DNA from: Macrostomum lignano
Taxonomy: Eukaryota
Assembly: GCA_002269645.1 (NCBI GenBank)
Contig: NIVC01000825.1
Span: 281,695 to 345,694, forward strand
Length of the DNA: 64,000 bases
Direction: 5' to 3'
Below are positions 27,201 to 40,218 of this stretch, in pieces; positions within the stretch are counted from its first letter, which is position 1; the number at the start of each line of letters is the position of its first letter. The position numbers were made by a program, and so were the translations under genes. The notes under the pieces are model-generated. The model made no database searches, was not told the origin of the DNA, and saw nothing but the letters and a program-made list of their open reading frames with translations.

Positions 27201-28370
27201 AATAGACAAAATGCAGGGAGCAGCCTAACAGGATGCAGGGAGCAGACTAACAGGATGCAGGGAACAGACTAACAGGATGCAGGGAACAGACTAACAGGAT
27301 GCAGGGAACAGACTAACAGGATGCAGGGAGCAGACTAACAGGATGCAGGGAGCAGACTAACAGGATGCAGGGAGCAGACTAGACTGGATGCAGGGAGCAG
27401 ACTAACAGGATGCAGGGAACAGACTAGACTGGATGCTGGGAGCAGACTAGACTGGATGCAGGGAGCAGACTAACAGGATGCAGGGAACAGACTAACAGGA
27501 TGCAGGGAGCAGACTAACAGGATGCAGGGAGCAGACTAACAGGATGCAGGGAGCAGACTAGACTGGATGCAGGGAGCAGACTAACAGGATGCAGGGAGCA
27601 GACTAGACTGGATGCAGGGAGCAGACTAGACTGGATGCAGGGGGCAGACTAACAGGATGCAGGGAGCAGACTAACAGGATGCAGGGAGCAGACTAGACTG
27701 GATGCAGGGAGCAGACTAACAGGATGCAGGGAACAGACTAGACTGGATGCTGGGAGCAGACTAACAGGATGCAGGGAGCAGACTAACAGGATGCAGGGAG
27801 CAGACTAGACTGGATGCAGGGAGCAGACTAACAGGATGCAGGGAGCAGACTAACAGGATGCAGGGAGCAGACTAGACTGGATGCAGGGAGCAGACTAACA
27901 GGATGCAGGGAGCAGACTAACAGGATGCAGGGAGCAGACTAGACTGGATGCAGGGAGCAGATTAACAGGATGCAGGGAGCAGACTAACAGGATGCAGGGA
28001 GCAGATCACCGTCTGGAGGACCATGGCGGATATCAAATGTGTTTGGCTGACCCGCCGCCACCCTATCCAGGCTGGTGTTCACCGGCTCCTACAACAACCT
28101 GTGGCGCGTGTTCAACCGGCAGCAGGGCTCCGAGCTCACCCTGGAGGCCAGCCGAGACGGCATGTCGCCTGGCACGGAGCTGCGCCCTCGCCGGGTTGTC
28201 CAGTCGGGCTCGAAGGCGCCCAGCAGAACCCGGGCGGCCTGGCCGAGCCAGTCTCAGCCGACAGTCTCGACTTGCAGAAGAAGATTCTCCACCTGGCCTG
28301 CCATCCCGGCGACAGCTGCTTGGCTCTGGCGGCCACCAACAATCTGTACATGATTGCCGGGGCGCGGTGA
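24257..28370 (+). CDS. PPP2R2A: PP2A regulatory subunit B55 (WD40). Exons 24257-24951, 25763-26072, 26965-27100, 28071-28370; two -1 frameshifts as assembled
   Basis: Family motifs [116 protein letters not shown]. Introns are GT-AG. The first and last exons are each 1 nt short of frame. Paralog identity is not resolvable. Confidence 0.93.
25070..25670. repeat. 29-bp then 31-bp minisatellite (GAGATTCTGGCATTCAGATCCCCGGAATTAG) in B55 intron 1
   Basis: Two related units sharing TTCAGATCC, read directly. Confidence 0.93.
26115..26360. repeat. 22-bp minisatellite (GATAGCTTTGGAATCAAGATTT) in B55 intron 2
   Basis: ~11 copies read directly. Confidence 0.95.
26360..26640. repeat. 23-bp minisatellite (GAGATCAGGGTTGAGACAGCTCT) abutting the 22-bp array
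   Basis: ~12 copies read directly. Confidence 0.95.
27212..28006. repeat. 22-bp minisatellite (GCAGGGAGCAGACTAACAGGAT and a GACTGGAT variant) filling B55 intron 3
   Basis: ~36 copies read directly. Confidence 0.95.
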
Positions 28371-28429
28371 CCGGATTCCTGCTGGCTGACACTTCTGTCT
28401 GTTCGTTCTGCCCTTGTCCTACGGTCGCT

Positions 28430-29535
28430 CGGCCTCTGTCTTACCCTATCAGCTCTTTGTCTCACCCTATCGGGTCTTTGTCAAACCCTATCAGCTCTTT
28501 GTGTCACCCTGTCGGGTCTTTGTCAAACCCTATCAGCTCTTTGTCTCACCCTATCGGGTCTGTCAAACCCTATCAGCTCTTTGTCTCACCTTATCAGCTC
28601 TTTGTGTCACCCTGTCGGGTCTTTGTCAAACCCTATCAACTCTTGGTCTCACCCTATCGTCTCTTTGTCTCATTCTATCATTCCTATCAACTCTTTGTCT
28701 CACCCTATCAGCTCTTTGTCTCACCCTGTTAGGTCTTTGTCAGTCTTTGTCAAACCCTATCAGCTCTTTGTCTCACCTTATCAGCTCTTTGTGTCACCCT
28801 GTCGGGTCTTTGTCAAACCCTATCAACTCTTGGTCTCACCCTATCGTCTCTTTGTCTCATTCTATCATTCCTATCAACTCTTTGTCTCACCCTATCAGCT
28901 CTTTGTCTCACCCTGTTAGGTCTTTGTCAGTCTTTGTCAAACCCTATCAGCTCTTTGTCTCACCTTATCAGCTCTTTGTGTCACCCTGTCGGGTCTTTGT
29001 CAAACCCTATCAACTCTTGGTCTCACCCTATCGTCTCTTTGTCTCATTCTATCATTCCTATCAACTCTTTGTCTCACCCTATCAGCTCTTTGTCTCACCC
29101 TGTTAGGTCTTTGTCAGTCTTTGTCAAACCCTATCAACTCTTGGTCTCACCCTATCAGCTCTTTGTCTCACCCTGTTAGGTCTTTGTCAAACCCTATCAA
29201 CTCTTGGTCTCACCCTATCGTCTCTTTGTCTCACTCTATCAACTCTTTGTCTCACCCTATCAGCTCTTTGTCTCACCCTGTTAGGTCTTTGTCAAACCCT
29301 ATCAACTCTTGGTCTCACCCTATCGTCTCTTTGTCTCACTCTATCAACTCTTTGTCTCACCCTATCAGCTCTTTGTCTCACTCTATCAGCTCTTTGTCTC
29401 ACTCTATCAGCTCTTTGTCTCACTCTATCAGCTCTTTGTCTCACTCTATCAGCTCTTTGTCTCACTCTATCAACTCTTTGTCTCACCCCATTGGGTCTTT
29501 GTCAAACCCTATCAGCTCTTTGTCTCACCTTATCG
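28430..29535. repeat. Complex ~21-bp-based repeat (CTTTGTCTCACCCTATCAGCT) with higher-order blocks, downstream of the B55 stop
   Basis: Repeated TGTCAAACCCTATCA / TGTCTCACCCT blocks; multi-unit blocks recur (e.g. TCTATCATTCCTATCAAC at ~28675, 28862, 29049). Confidence 0.9.
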
Positions 29536-31323
29536 GTTCTTTGTTGCAACCTGTCGGTCCTTTGTCTCTCAATCCTCGCACCTCGAATATTTGTCTCACC
29601 CTCTCCTCATCCCAACTCAATAATCCTCATTCCCACCCTACTCAAATGCAACCTTCAGAAGAGCTGCTGATCATCATTAGTGGGGAATTTTTCATGCAGA
29701 TCAAACTAACAAGCTGTGCCGAGTTTTTGTCCTATATTCTCAATTCCCCCCGTCTGTTGCATCGTTGTTGAGTCGCTTTCTGGCTGCGTATCCATGGAAA
29801 CGGGGATTTTAAAACTATAACAGTTAGTGTTAGTTGCTAGCTATTAAATGCTCCATTCTCAATATCGCGTGAAACATGTTTGTCCTCACTTTGTCAATAG
29901 CGTCAATACTAACAGTACTTGGCTCAATAAAATTATATTTATGAAATTGGCGCACTGTGCTACTATACAGTTTATTAAGTAGTATCGTGCGAAAAGTCAA
30001 TAATAGGAGCTTATCTACTATTAAGGTAGTTTAAATAGGTGAATATATTACTTACAGTATTCAGAAGTGTTCTAAGCGACAGCAATCCTCGCTAGTGCAA
30101 TATTCTTATCTCGCAGGGAAGCGTGTTGGCTGAATCATTCGTCCATTGCTATATTGTTATATTCTTTTTGTTTGTACAACATCGAACTGCAAATTCAAAG
30201 CAATGCAGGATCGGTTTTTTGTTATTTTTGCAGCTATTTTAATTCTAATAAAGACTGTCTTTAAGTTCCTACTGAAAGTTTCCATATTTTTTTTAATTTT
30301 ATTTTCACCTCTGGCGTTTTCTTAAATCCCAGCTGTCGTTCAGGCTATTAAACTGCATATTTGGTAGGTTTCGTACGCTTACTGAGAGAATTGCTGATGC
30401 TGAGATGTCAAGGCTGACAAACCCTATCAGCTTGCCGACATTTAGTTTATTCAAAAAATCATTCCATTATTTGTTGCTTGGCCAACGGGGGGGCTGCTCA
30501 GTCAGCCAGTTTGCTAGAACTTTGGACTGGCTTGGAGAAGCCCCCAATACTCCCAAGAACTGGGAGCGCGAGCTAGGCTAGGCACAAGTTGCTTTCAGTT
30601 AAGTCACAGTATCCCTTTAGCAGCGGTAGTGTGGGTCTTGCCCATAGACATCAGCACAAAGAATGATGCCAGCAGCAACCTCTCATAGAAATCATGTTTA
30701 AACATCAACTTCCAAGCAGTAAAGATCAGAATTATCAACTTGACTGACTTCTGTCTTGGCCATAGACAGCTGAAAGTGAACTCTTTGTCCGTGGATATGC
30801 GATTATAGCCTCTAGCAATTGATAATTCATCTCGTGTTCAGTGTCTTTCCTTGTCGATTTCGACCTTTGTCTGCGAGCGAGCGCTGCCCAAATCAACGAT
30901 TATAATATTGAACGCCCTGTGTTATCTGCCTGTCTCATGTGTACTTGCAAAATCTAAATGTGCATAATAGTAACTATTATTATTAATTATTTAAATGAAA
31001 AATTTCAACAATGCAAATTGATTCCAACCCCAATCATTATATGGGAACTGTGCAATGTTCATCTAAACATTCAGTTTTTTCTTGTTTTTTATTTAAACAA
31101 CACGCGTGAAGCTACTATTAGTAGTAGTAGTAGAAATTCGACAAAAACAGATAATGAAATATGGACGGAGTTTACTATTTGCTGTAATTATTTAGAAATG
31201 CACTCTGGTGCAAAAGTTAGCGGGGTTGGCCACTTTGTACATGTACACAATGTACAGTGAGTAAACAGACACAAACAGCAACGGTCAGCATCCCACGCAG
31301 CCTCATCAACAGGTGAGCTCTCT

Positions 31324-34081
31324 TTACCATTTATCCCCGTCAGGATCCCCGGCTGCCTCATCCTCCGTCTCGGTGTCCCTCGCAGCCTCCGCTCTCTGCA
31401 GCCAATCGTCGCGCATCGCAGCGTCGAATGCTTCCCGGATACGCCGCTCCTGCACGGTGTCCTCCGCCTCGCCATCGTCTTGCGACGGCGGCGGCAGTCG
31501 GCAAGCGTCCAGCGCCGCCCGCGCCAATGGCAGGTCGTCGCGGCAGACGCGGAGGAAGGCGTCCCGACAGGCCTCCGACGGGTGGCGCAGCAGGCGGTCG
31601 TGTGCGGCGAGCACGCGGTCGAGCGGCGGCGCCAAGCTGTTGCGGGCGTGCGCGCCAAACTGCCGCGCCCCGGCGCGCAGACCGGCCAGCGTCGAGGCCA
31701 AAAAATCGTCCAACTTTCGTTGATTTGTCGACAATTCGTCGATTGAACGACGCAGGGCGACGCGTTCGGCGTCGACGGCCGACAGGCGACTTCGCAGGGC
31801 TTTTAGGGCGGCTTCAAGGGCGGCGCGCGACTCGGCGGTGCGGCAGTCGGCCAGGTGCCGCGCGATGGCCGGGCCAGAGGCGGCTTCGAGGAGGCCGGCG
31901 CCGAGTTCAGGCAGCGGCCGGCGCTGCTGCAGGCAGGGCGCCAGGAGGCTGAGCTCCATCAGTTGCGCGCCAGCGGCTTCGATGCGCGACTCAGCGGCGA
32001 TCAGCCCGGCGGTCAGGGCGGCCTCGGCGCGTCCGCCAGCGATGGGCAGCGGCCGGGCGGCGGCCAGCAGCGGCTGGAGGCCGGACAAGCGGCCGTGAAG
32101 GTCGGCGAGGTCGGCCTCGAGCTGGCCAACTCTGGGGGGGGGGGGGGGAGTGCGGATTGCCCTACCAGTTGAAAGCACTACCGTGACAATGATCGCTATG
32201 AACTCGTTGCAAACAACTCTCTGGTGACTCTGAGGCCACTCTTGTGACTTTTTAACGACTCAAACGACTTGTTGCGCCTGCGCAACGCACGGAATGCGGC
32301 TGCGCACGGAATCGAACCAGGGGGTTGTGCAGGCGCGAGTCGGACGCGTTCACCTCAAAGCTGCTCCGCCCCTATGGAACCCAGCATGATCATGATTTCA
32401 CTAACTTGGCCAAATTGAGAAACGCCAGTCCTCTGGCAGACTCTGCGACCTCTTTGAGCGTAACACTGCCGCAGCGTAGAAACGCATTGGGTATTAGAAA
32501 CGACTGATGATGGAGATCATTGATTGCGCTGTCCGCCTGCTTGGTGAGGCTGTGCCGCAGGCGCGACGCCTCCTGCGTGAGCCGCATCAGGTCCGCCCGG
32601 GACACCGACACGTTTGGAGAACCGCGAGCCGCCTCGCTGCCGATGGCCGCCTGGCACAGCTGGGTGAGCTCAGCCAGCCTGTCACGGGGGAAGCGGGGCT
32701 GCGTGCTCAATCAGCTGCTCAAGCAATAGCCATTTGAGTAGGCAGACTCTTGCTGTGGTTAATATTCTAGCATATAGAGAATCCTGATATATGTAGCTAG
32801 ACACCAAGTCAAATGTCTGAAGAAGCCAATCTGATATCTAGAGAAAAGTGAAAAAAGTCTAAAGAATCTAAAGATCTAAAGAATCTAAAGAAACTGATCC
32901 AATATCTAGAGATAAAACTTACATATCTAGAGAAATCAACTAGATATCTAGAGCACAGAATAAATATTCTGTGATCTAGAGATACAAATTAGATATCTAA
33001 AAAAACAGATTCGATACCTTGAGAAATCAATTAGATATCTAGAGAAAGCGATTCAATATCTAGAAAAACAAATCAGACATCTAGAGAAATCGATCGACAT
33101 CTAGAGAAACCAATTGGGACATCTAGAGAAACAAATTTAATATCTGGAAAAACAGCTCCAATATCTAAAGAAAGCCAGACCGAAGCCAGGCCAAGTTTGG
33201 CTTTCCTCTTGCCCGCTTGTGTCTGACTTTGACCTATTTTACTGCTCTCTCATTGGCTGAGCTAGATTGGGCCTGCTCCCAAATGCTCTCTCATTGGCTG
33301 AGCTAGATTAGGCCTGCTCCCTACTGCTCTCTCATTGGCTGAGCTAGATTGCCTGCTTCATACTGGGTCTGCTCCATACTGCTCTCTCATTGGCTGAGCT
33401 CGATTGGGCCTGCTTCCTACTGCTCTATTATTGACTGAGCTAGATTTGGCCTGCCCCTAGGCTAAGTTTCGTCTCTTTTGCGTTCATTTGCGTACATCGA
33501 GTCAAATTCTTAACCCCATATGCTTCTGAGGCTGCAAGCCACGAGGAAGGAAAAGAAAATTTAGCTGCCACAAGAAATTTAAGTGACACTACGCAGGCAA
33601 ACTACTGAAAAAAAGAGTAGACGCTTTACTTTTTAACAACTTCAGTTGCGAGTGGCATATCTAAATATTCTAGTGCCCGTGGATGTAAAACACTGAAAAA
33701 CTAATTCAAATAATGTCCAGAAAAGTCAAACCTGTCAGCCAGAGCAACCGTCGACTCCCGCCTCTGTCCGATCGAATCCGACATGAGCAGCAGCTGGCGC
33801 TCCAGTTGAACAATTTGACATTTCAGCATGAACACCCGCCGCCTATCGAGGCATTCGCGACGGCACTCTTCCAGCACGAATCCAATTAGACTCTGCAGAT
33901 CGTCTGGGCCGTTGGCTTCTGTTTGAACAGCTTGGTGCTGGCAGCGTTTTGAACCACCCCGCTGCTGCCTGTGGGCAGCAAAGCCAGCTGAGGTTGGCTG
34001 GGTGAGCAGGGGTGGCAGCTGCTGCTGAGCTGACTGAGGCCTGCTGGCAGGTTGAGAGCCTGCTCTGGCTGACATTGTCAT
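31324..34081 (-). CDS. Uncharacterised coiled-coil protein. Exons 33732-34081, 32406-~32750 (acceptor unresolved), 31324-32131
   Basis: GC-rich coding-like ORFs with GT donors (33731, 32405) and an AG acceptor at 32132 in matching phase. Heptad-like segments VFMLKCQIVQLERQLLLM and VGQLEADLADLHGRLSGL. The exon 2 start needs a weak GAG acceptor or indels. Confidence 0.6.
32860..33170. repeat. Degenerate repeat built on ATATCTAGAGAAA, intronic
   Basis: TCTAGA recurs at roughly 25-30 bp spacing. Confidence 0.7.
33240..33460. repeat. ~41-bp repeat (CTGCTCTCTCATTGGCTGAGCTAGATTGGGCCTGCTCC), ~5 copies
   Basis: Read directly. Confidence 0.85.
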
Positions 34082-36958
34082 GCAATAGTTACTGCTTTCA
34101 ATGAAGTTTTTGAAGGCTCAAGATTTTTGTTAATAAGCTTATACTCATGGCCACTGGTAAAGAAAAGTTAGCAATAATTTGACAAGAAAATCTATTCATT
34201 TATTTATAATAGTTCATTAACTATTATACCATAAAATTGACCCATAAAATATGTTATATATAAATTATGTGAGTAGACAGATATATCCTCTACACTATTC
34301 ACAAAGGTATTATGACATATAGGTAAATATATACCTAGCTAGACTTTTATAATAATAAATACTTACTGATATTTACATAATTTTAATCATTAATAAAGCA
34401 TATTGCTGACAACCAATACATGTATGCCTATCATACACCTTTGGCTTTATGGTTATATAAATTAAGCTCTAAGCAATGTTATTCATGTATAATCAATAAA
34501 ATTTTCTTTTATATAATTATAAACCCTCAACCTTAGCTCAAAAAAATATTTTAAATTTTGGTATTTCAGTGGCTTGACTATATATTCTTTCAATCCTCTT
34601 TTGCATTTATTGCATTGTCTCCATTTTTATATCCTAATTTTCTCAATTGCTTATCATTTTTTCATAGTATGAACAAAATTACTAGCTTAACTATCTATTT
34701 AATAGATCATTTGCTTAACTATTTATTTAATAGAGGGCACAAAGATGCATTGGAGAGGAGCTATGAGGTTAAATTGCATTAATACTAAATTCAACTAATT
34801 ACATTTTACTTTGTTTTTTGGCCTTTGCTAAAGTAGACTCTACCCATATAAATACTTATGATTTCTATCCTTTTCTACGCCTAGCTCAGCTTCTTAAGCC
34901 TATTCAAAATTTAGCAAAAAGAAATTGATATTACTACCTAATCTTTGCCTCTTTGGCTTTGCTGGCATATTCATACTCTCTAGTAGTAGCAATATTCAAA
35001 ATGGTGTGGCTGTGGGCTGTAAATTTTAGGCAGGTTAAGCAGTCAAGCAGGTATATCGTATATGTCTATATAACAATAACAATATATAAAAGTATATCTA
35101 TCACTATCAACTTTACAACTACTTTTCACTTGTCATGTAGTCTAGAACTTTAGGCTAAACTTAATATTATTGTCCACCGATATTTCATTTACTCTTAGTC
35201 TTAGGCATTTGTGAAATTCGTACCGAAATGTCTCAGCATAGAATTGATTAAGGCTTAAAAAACATAAATTTTTTCAGTGTGGCACGATGTTTTAAATGCA
35301 AAATTCAGTTAAAAACAATATTAGAGGAAAATATACTACAAAGTCTATGTGACCCAACAGTAACACTCATGAATTCTGATACACGCATAATCTAGGTTTT
35401 ATTCAATAAATAAATATATTCTTGTCGGTTTCCTCGAAAATAGTTGTTTTGAAAGTGATTACTTCTTTTGACTTTAGTACAATGCTTATAACTAAGAATG
35501 CACATTTATTTTAAATAAATATTTATTTTTAAATTCTACTAGTTTAAAATATATATACACAGTTCTCACATTTTATTTATATAAGTTTTGGTTTATTGAC
35601 TAATTTTTAATTTATCATCATCATTATTGTTGCAACAACGTCAAAAAAAATTACGCGTTACGCGACTAAATTATGACTGCACGTCATCATGAACTGAATG
35701 AATCATCTCGTTGTTACTTTACTTGCTAATATATTGTTAAGTTTTGCTGGTACGATAGTTAAAAGCCATTGCAAAGCAGTTATTCGCAGCAGTAGTCAAA
35801 GTCAAGCATGCCATTGCCATGACATTTTTTTAATTGAAACAGCTGTCAAACCATTGGCATTGCTCCCCAGGCCTATGTTCGGGTCTAGGCCTATGTCATG
35901 AAGAAAGAGTCTAACCACAAAATGTCACTTGGACTCATTTGTATCCCTGAATATGACGATAAATCAATTGTTAAATTAATAAATGAACATTTTAAAGTTT
36001 TTTGTTTAAAAAGTTATTTGACATTTTGGCCTGACCCCCAAGCCAAGATATAGGGCCTACTTTATATATCAAGTCTGCAAAACAAAAAAATGACCAAGAG
36101 AGGTGTGCATTGATATGCATTTTGGTTTAGCCAAAAAAATTAGTGTGCATGAATTTGGGTATATAATATGGCCTACTGGCATATTATCTATGCCATATAA
36201 TTTATAAGCTTGAATCCTTGATGGCATAATGTGGGGAAAATATGGTATGGTATGATTGTAGTGGGGCAGTCTTTTTAAGTTTTTTAAAATACTTGTAAAT
36301 CTACTTTATCCTGTTTATTTTCACTAAAAAAGAAAAGTATATTTTTGTACCAAAAATTATAATTTAGGCTCCCTAATGCATAATGCCTAGATGTTAAGGC
36401 CTATAATTTTAAAATTTTAAAAGCATTGTTTTTTTGCAAATTTAAGGCCTAATGTTTACACATTCTTTGTTTTTGTTTGTAGGCCTATTGTTAACTATTT
36501 TGATGGCATACATGGTATATACAGTAGTTAGTAAGCATAGCTTGCAATAGCATACAAACAAAAAACTCCCTAGGCCTAGTATATTCTGGCATGCATCTAA
36601 CATGATCAAAAAAATGGCTTGTCCCTAATACAGCCCTACCTACCTAACCTACCCTTGCCTTGCCTTTGCCCTAGGCTAAATTTGCCTTGAATTTTTAGTA
36701 AAAAAGCCATCTTTTTAATTTTGGTACTAGCCTATTAAAACATCTAGCAAAAAATATAACCTAGACTATAATAGAGCCTATAGGCCCTAGTCAAGCAGTG
36801 GCCAAAGTACATTGGCTAGGCAAATTTTGAGTTGGGCATATATGCCAAGATATATTAGATAATATATAATGCAATAAGCTGTTAAAACCTGCAGATTTTG
36901 AACCTGTAAAATTCCAATCCCTAGAACTATTTTTTCATATATTCTACCACATGCTTGG

Positions 36959-37112
36959 GCGCAACCTAGGGATTCACCTGGCCATTTCTATTGGCAACAT
37001 ACACATTTAAGTTGCTATTGGATGGAATAGTAGTCACGTGACTGCTCTCAGCCAATAGTGACTTACATGTGTGTTGCCAATAGAAACAGCCAGGTGAATC
37101 CCAAGGTTGCGC
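36959..37112. mobile_element. ~154-bp palindromic MITE-like element
   Basis: Left arm GCGCAACCTAGGGATTCACCTGGCCATTTCTATTGGCAACA pairs with right arm TGTTGCCAATAGAAACAGCCAGGTGAATCCCAAGGTTGCGC; central AGTCACGTGACT palindrome. Confidence 0.6.
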
Positions 37113-37329
37113 ATGTATGTTCTACTATCTAAAGTCATATTCAAATTGAAACTTATTCATAGTTAGGATAAAGGTAAACATAAAATGGAGTAAATTTGTG
37201 TAAAATTAAGATTTGAGGCAAGTATTTATCTTGCTAGCTGGGGTGCTATGCAGAATTTTAGGCAATGACTATATGACTCTAAAACATTTAAATTGGCAAA
37301 CTCTGGCCTCTGTCTCTGTCTCTCCCTAT

Positions 37330-38540
37330 ACCCCTTGGATCCTATGAAACCTCTATCTTCTAAACTTCTCTCTCGTCTCTTGTCTCTCCTCTCATCTCTT
37401 CTTTTCTTTCCTCTCTTCTCTCCTTTCTACTCTTTTCTCTCTTTTCTTCTTTCTTCTCTCTCATCTCTCCTTTCTCCTCTTATCTCTTCTCATTTCTCTC
37501 TGCTCTCTACTCTTTCTTCTCTCTATTCTCTTCTCATTCCTCATTCTTCCCTCTCCCAATACTTCCCTCTTCTCTCCTTTCTTCTCTTTTCTCTCAACTC
37601 TCTCTTCTACCTTTTCATCTCCTCTATACTCTTTCCTTTCTCTTTCTCCTCTTATCTCTTCTCTTATTTCCTCTCTTCTTTCTCCCCTCTTCTTGTCTTT
37701 TCCCTCACCTATCTTCTTGTATTTGCTCTCTTTCATTTCTCTTTTCTCTTCTTTTATCTTTTCTCTCTTATCTTCTCTCATTTCTCTCTCTCTCTGCTCT
37801 CTCTTATCCCATCTCTCCTTACTGCCCTAACAAAGAATAAATCTACTCAAAATATTGACAAATCTAATTGAATTGACCTATAGTTCAGTCCTTTTTACTG
37901 AGTCAGAGCCCAAGATTGAAGGTGCCCTCCTCTCTCCATCTATCCTCTTCCTCTTCCATCTCTCTTCTCTCTACTCTCTCATTTCTCTCTCCTGACTCAC
38001 TTCTCTCCCTTTGTCTCTGCTCTCTTATCTTGTATCAGTAATCTCATCTCTCTTAAATCTTATCTCTCCTCTATTCTCTCTACTTTCCCCTCTCTCATCT
38101 ATAATCTTATTTCTCTTATGTGTTCTCTCACCTCTCTCTGTACTCTTTCCTTCCCCTCTTAACTCCTCTTTTTTCTCCTTTCTTTTCTTGTCTTCTCTTC
38201 CTTCTTCTATACTCTCTCCCTCTCTTGTCTCCTGTCTTCTCTTTCCACTTTCTTTTCTCTTCCTTTATTTCTCATCTCTCCTTATACCTCTCTTATCTCT
38301 ACAACCTTTTCTTTTTTCTCTTCCCTAGTTACTTTCTCATCTCTTTTTTCACCTCTCTTTTATCTCCTCTCTCTCATCTGCAGCTCTTTGCTCTCATCTC
38401 TACTTTCTTCTCCCTCCTCTCTCTCCCTTTTCTCTCCCCTCTTCTCCCCCCATCTCCTATTATCTTCTATATTTTCTCTTATCCCCTCTTGCCTTTCCTC
38501 TCTTTCTAATAATCTACAAGCATATTCTTTCTTTCCACTC
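37330..38540. repeat. CT-rich low-complexity polypyrimidine tract
   Basis: Almost exclusively C/T for ~1.2 kb with a short interruption near 37830-37920. Confidence 0.9.
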
Positions 38541-39149
38541 ATCTCTCATCTGCCACTCAGCCATGAGCTAGATTCTTTATCTGGCCTTTGAAGTAAAAGT
38601 CTGCCTATCCCTACTTGGAAAGCCAGTTTGTAAGTACCTCTTAAGTAAGAAAAACTTAAAATTTCCATGGGATGACTAATTTAGTAGGGTTGTATTTCAT
38701 TGCATCGCCTTTTCATTTTTTCATAAATCTTTTGCTTTATGCTGGACCATGTTGGATTGCCTGCCTTTAACTTGCCAATTGCCATCCATTGTTAAACTGC
38801 TGCAGAGTTACCTATACAGAGGGCGATAGTTAGAATTTCTCACTAAACTATTATGGCTAAATGTAGCCTCTCCCTAGAGGTGCAGGGAAGGCTATAAATA
38901 AAGCTATTCAAAAACACTGTATATTGCCATGTACATTCAGCCCTATTGCCTGACCCTTGGTCTGGCTCTAGGAGAATAAGTAAGTGGCATAAACAACAGA
39001 AAAAGCAGACAAACTTCACATGCTTACAGTTTCTGTTCTGAATACATTATAAAGTTGAAACTTTACATTTAGACAGAGAATGAGTCAATGAAGAATTGTG
39101 TTATGTTTGAAGTCAATTGCTTTATGTGGTGCAAACTTATGGCAGCCAA

Positions 39150-39602
39150 AAGTTAGTCAATTTTGAAACCCCTTTTAAACATTTGGGCCCAGTTAAAAAA
39201 AGAGCCAGGTGGGCAAAGGTTGAAGTGGCTATCTCGCTGACAAAAACAGCTCAACTTTAAAAGTGCACAGTGCCCTTCAGGAGTAATTTTGAGACTCAAA
39301 GTTTTACATGATTGTGTCAAAATAGTTAAAGATTGTCTCTGTCAAATTTAAAAAGAATTGGTAAAAATGGAGTGGCACTATAGAAGATTTAGTAAAAAAA
39401 TTGTGCATTTTTAGCAGTTTTTCACTTTTAGGTAGGAAAAAGACTTTAGCAAATTTTAAGGTAGCCTAAGACATTCTCTGTAGTGAGTTTAGGGTGGGTG
39501 CCAAATTTGGTATAATTTGGTTGAATGGTTTGGGAGTCTATAGTGAGCAAAATTTTCCACAGACATATAGACACACAAAGTTTTGATTTTATATGTAGAG
39601 AT
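39150..39602 (+). mobile_element. Possible non-autonomous Helentron/DINE-1-like element, 3' part
   Basis: CCAAATTTGG...TTGGTTGAATGGTTTGGGAGTCTATAG...ACAGACA...GATTTTATATGTAGAGAT resembles the layout I recall for such elements; pattern recognition only. Confidence 0.35.
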
Positions 39603-40218
39603 AATAATCTATTATATATAGGCCTATTGTAGGGCCTAGTTCTGAAAGGTTATACCTAAATTAATAAGCTTTGCCTAAATCAATAAGCCTTGTTTAATAA
39701 GCAAAAGCAAAACATTAAGAGATTTTTATTTAGTTTTATATTGCATTGAGGTCTAATTGACCAATGAAGGTCTAATATATAGTCTAAGGAGGAAGATAAT
39801 AAATCATGGCATAATGTATAAAAAATAACTTAATTTATTCACTAATCTTCTTGAACTAATTATGAGATCTAGTATACTACAAATTAAATATGCATAAAAT
39901 ATTAAATGTGCATATTTACTCTATTAAAAAATATACTATACTCATTTTATAAGTTATGCAAGTCATAATGCAGCTATTTATCTACAAATTTAATGCAAAC
40001 TCTAAAAAGTCAATCAACTTGGCATCTAGCTTTATTTTAATATCTAAATTGGGAATTTTAAACAAAAAGTCTAAACTTAAAATGCTTGTCACTTGAAAAA
40101 TCAACTTGAATCAGTCATTTGTTGAGAATTTTAACATTGCTGTGCTGCACAATGTATAAAAAACTTCCCATAATAACATACAGCTAAAAGCATAAAAAAT
40201 ACAAAAAAACCTGCAAAC

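Noticed and set aside
37293-38591. Hydrophobic L/S/F-rich and antisense R/E/K-rich ORFs
   Set aside because: Artefacts of the CT-rich low-complexity tract.
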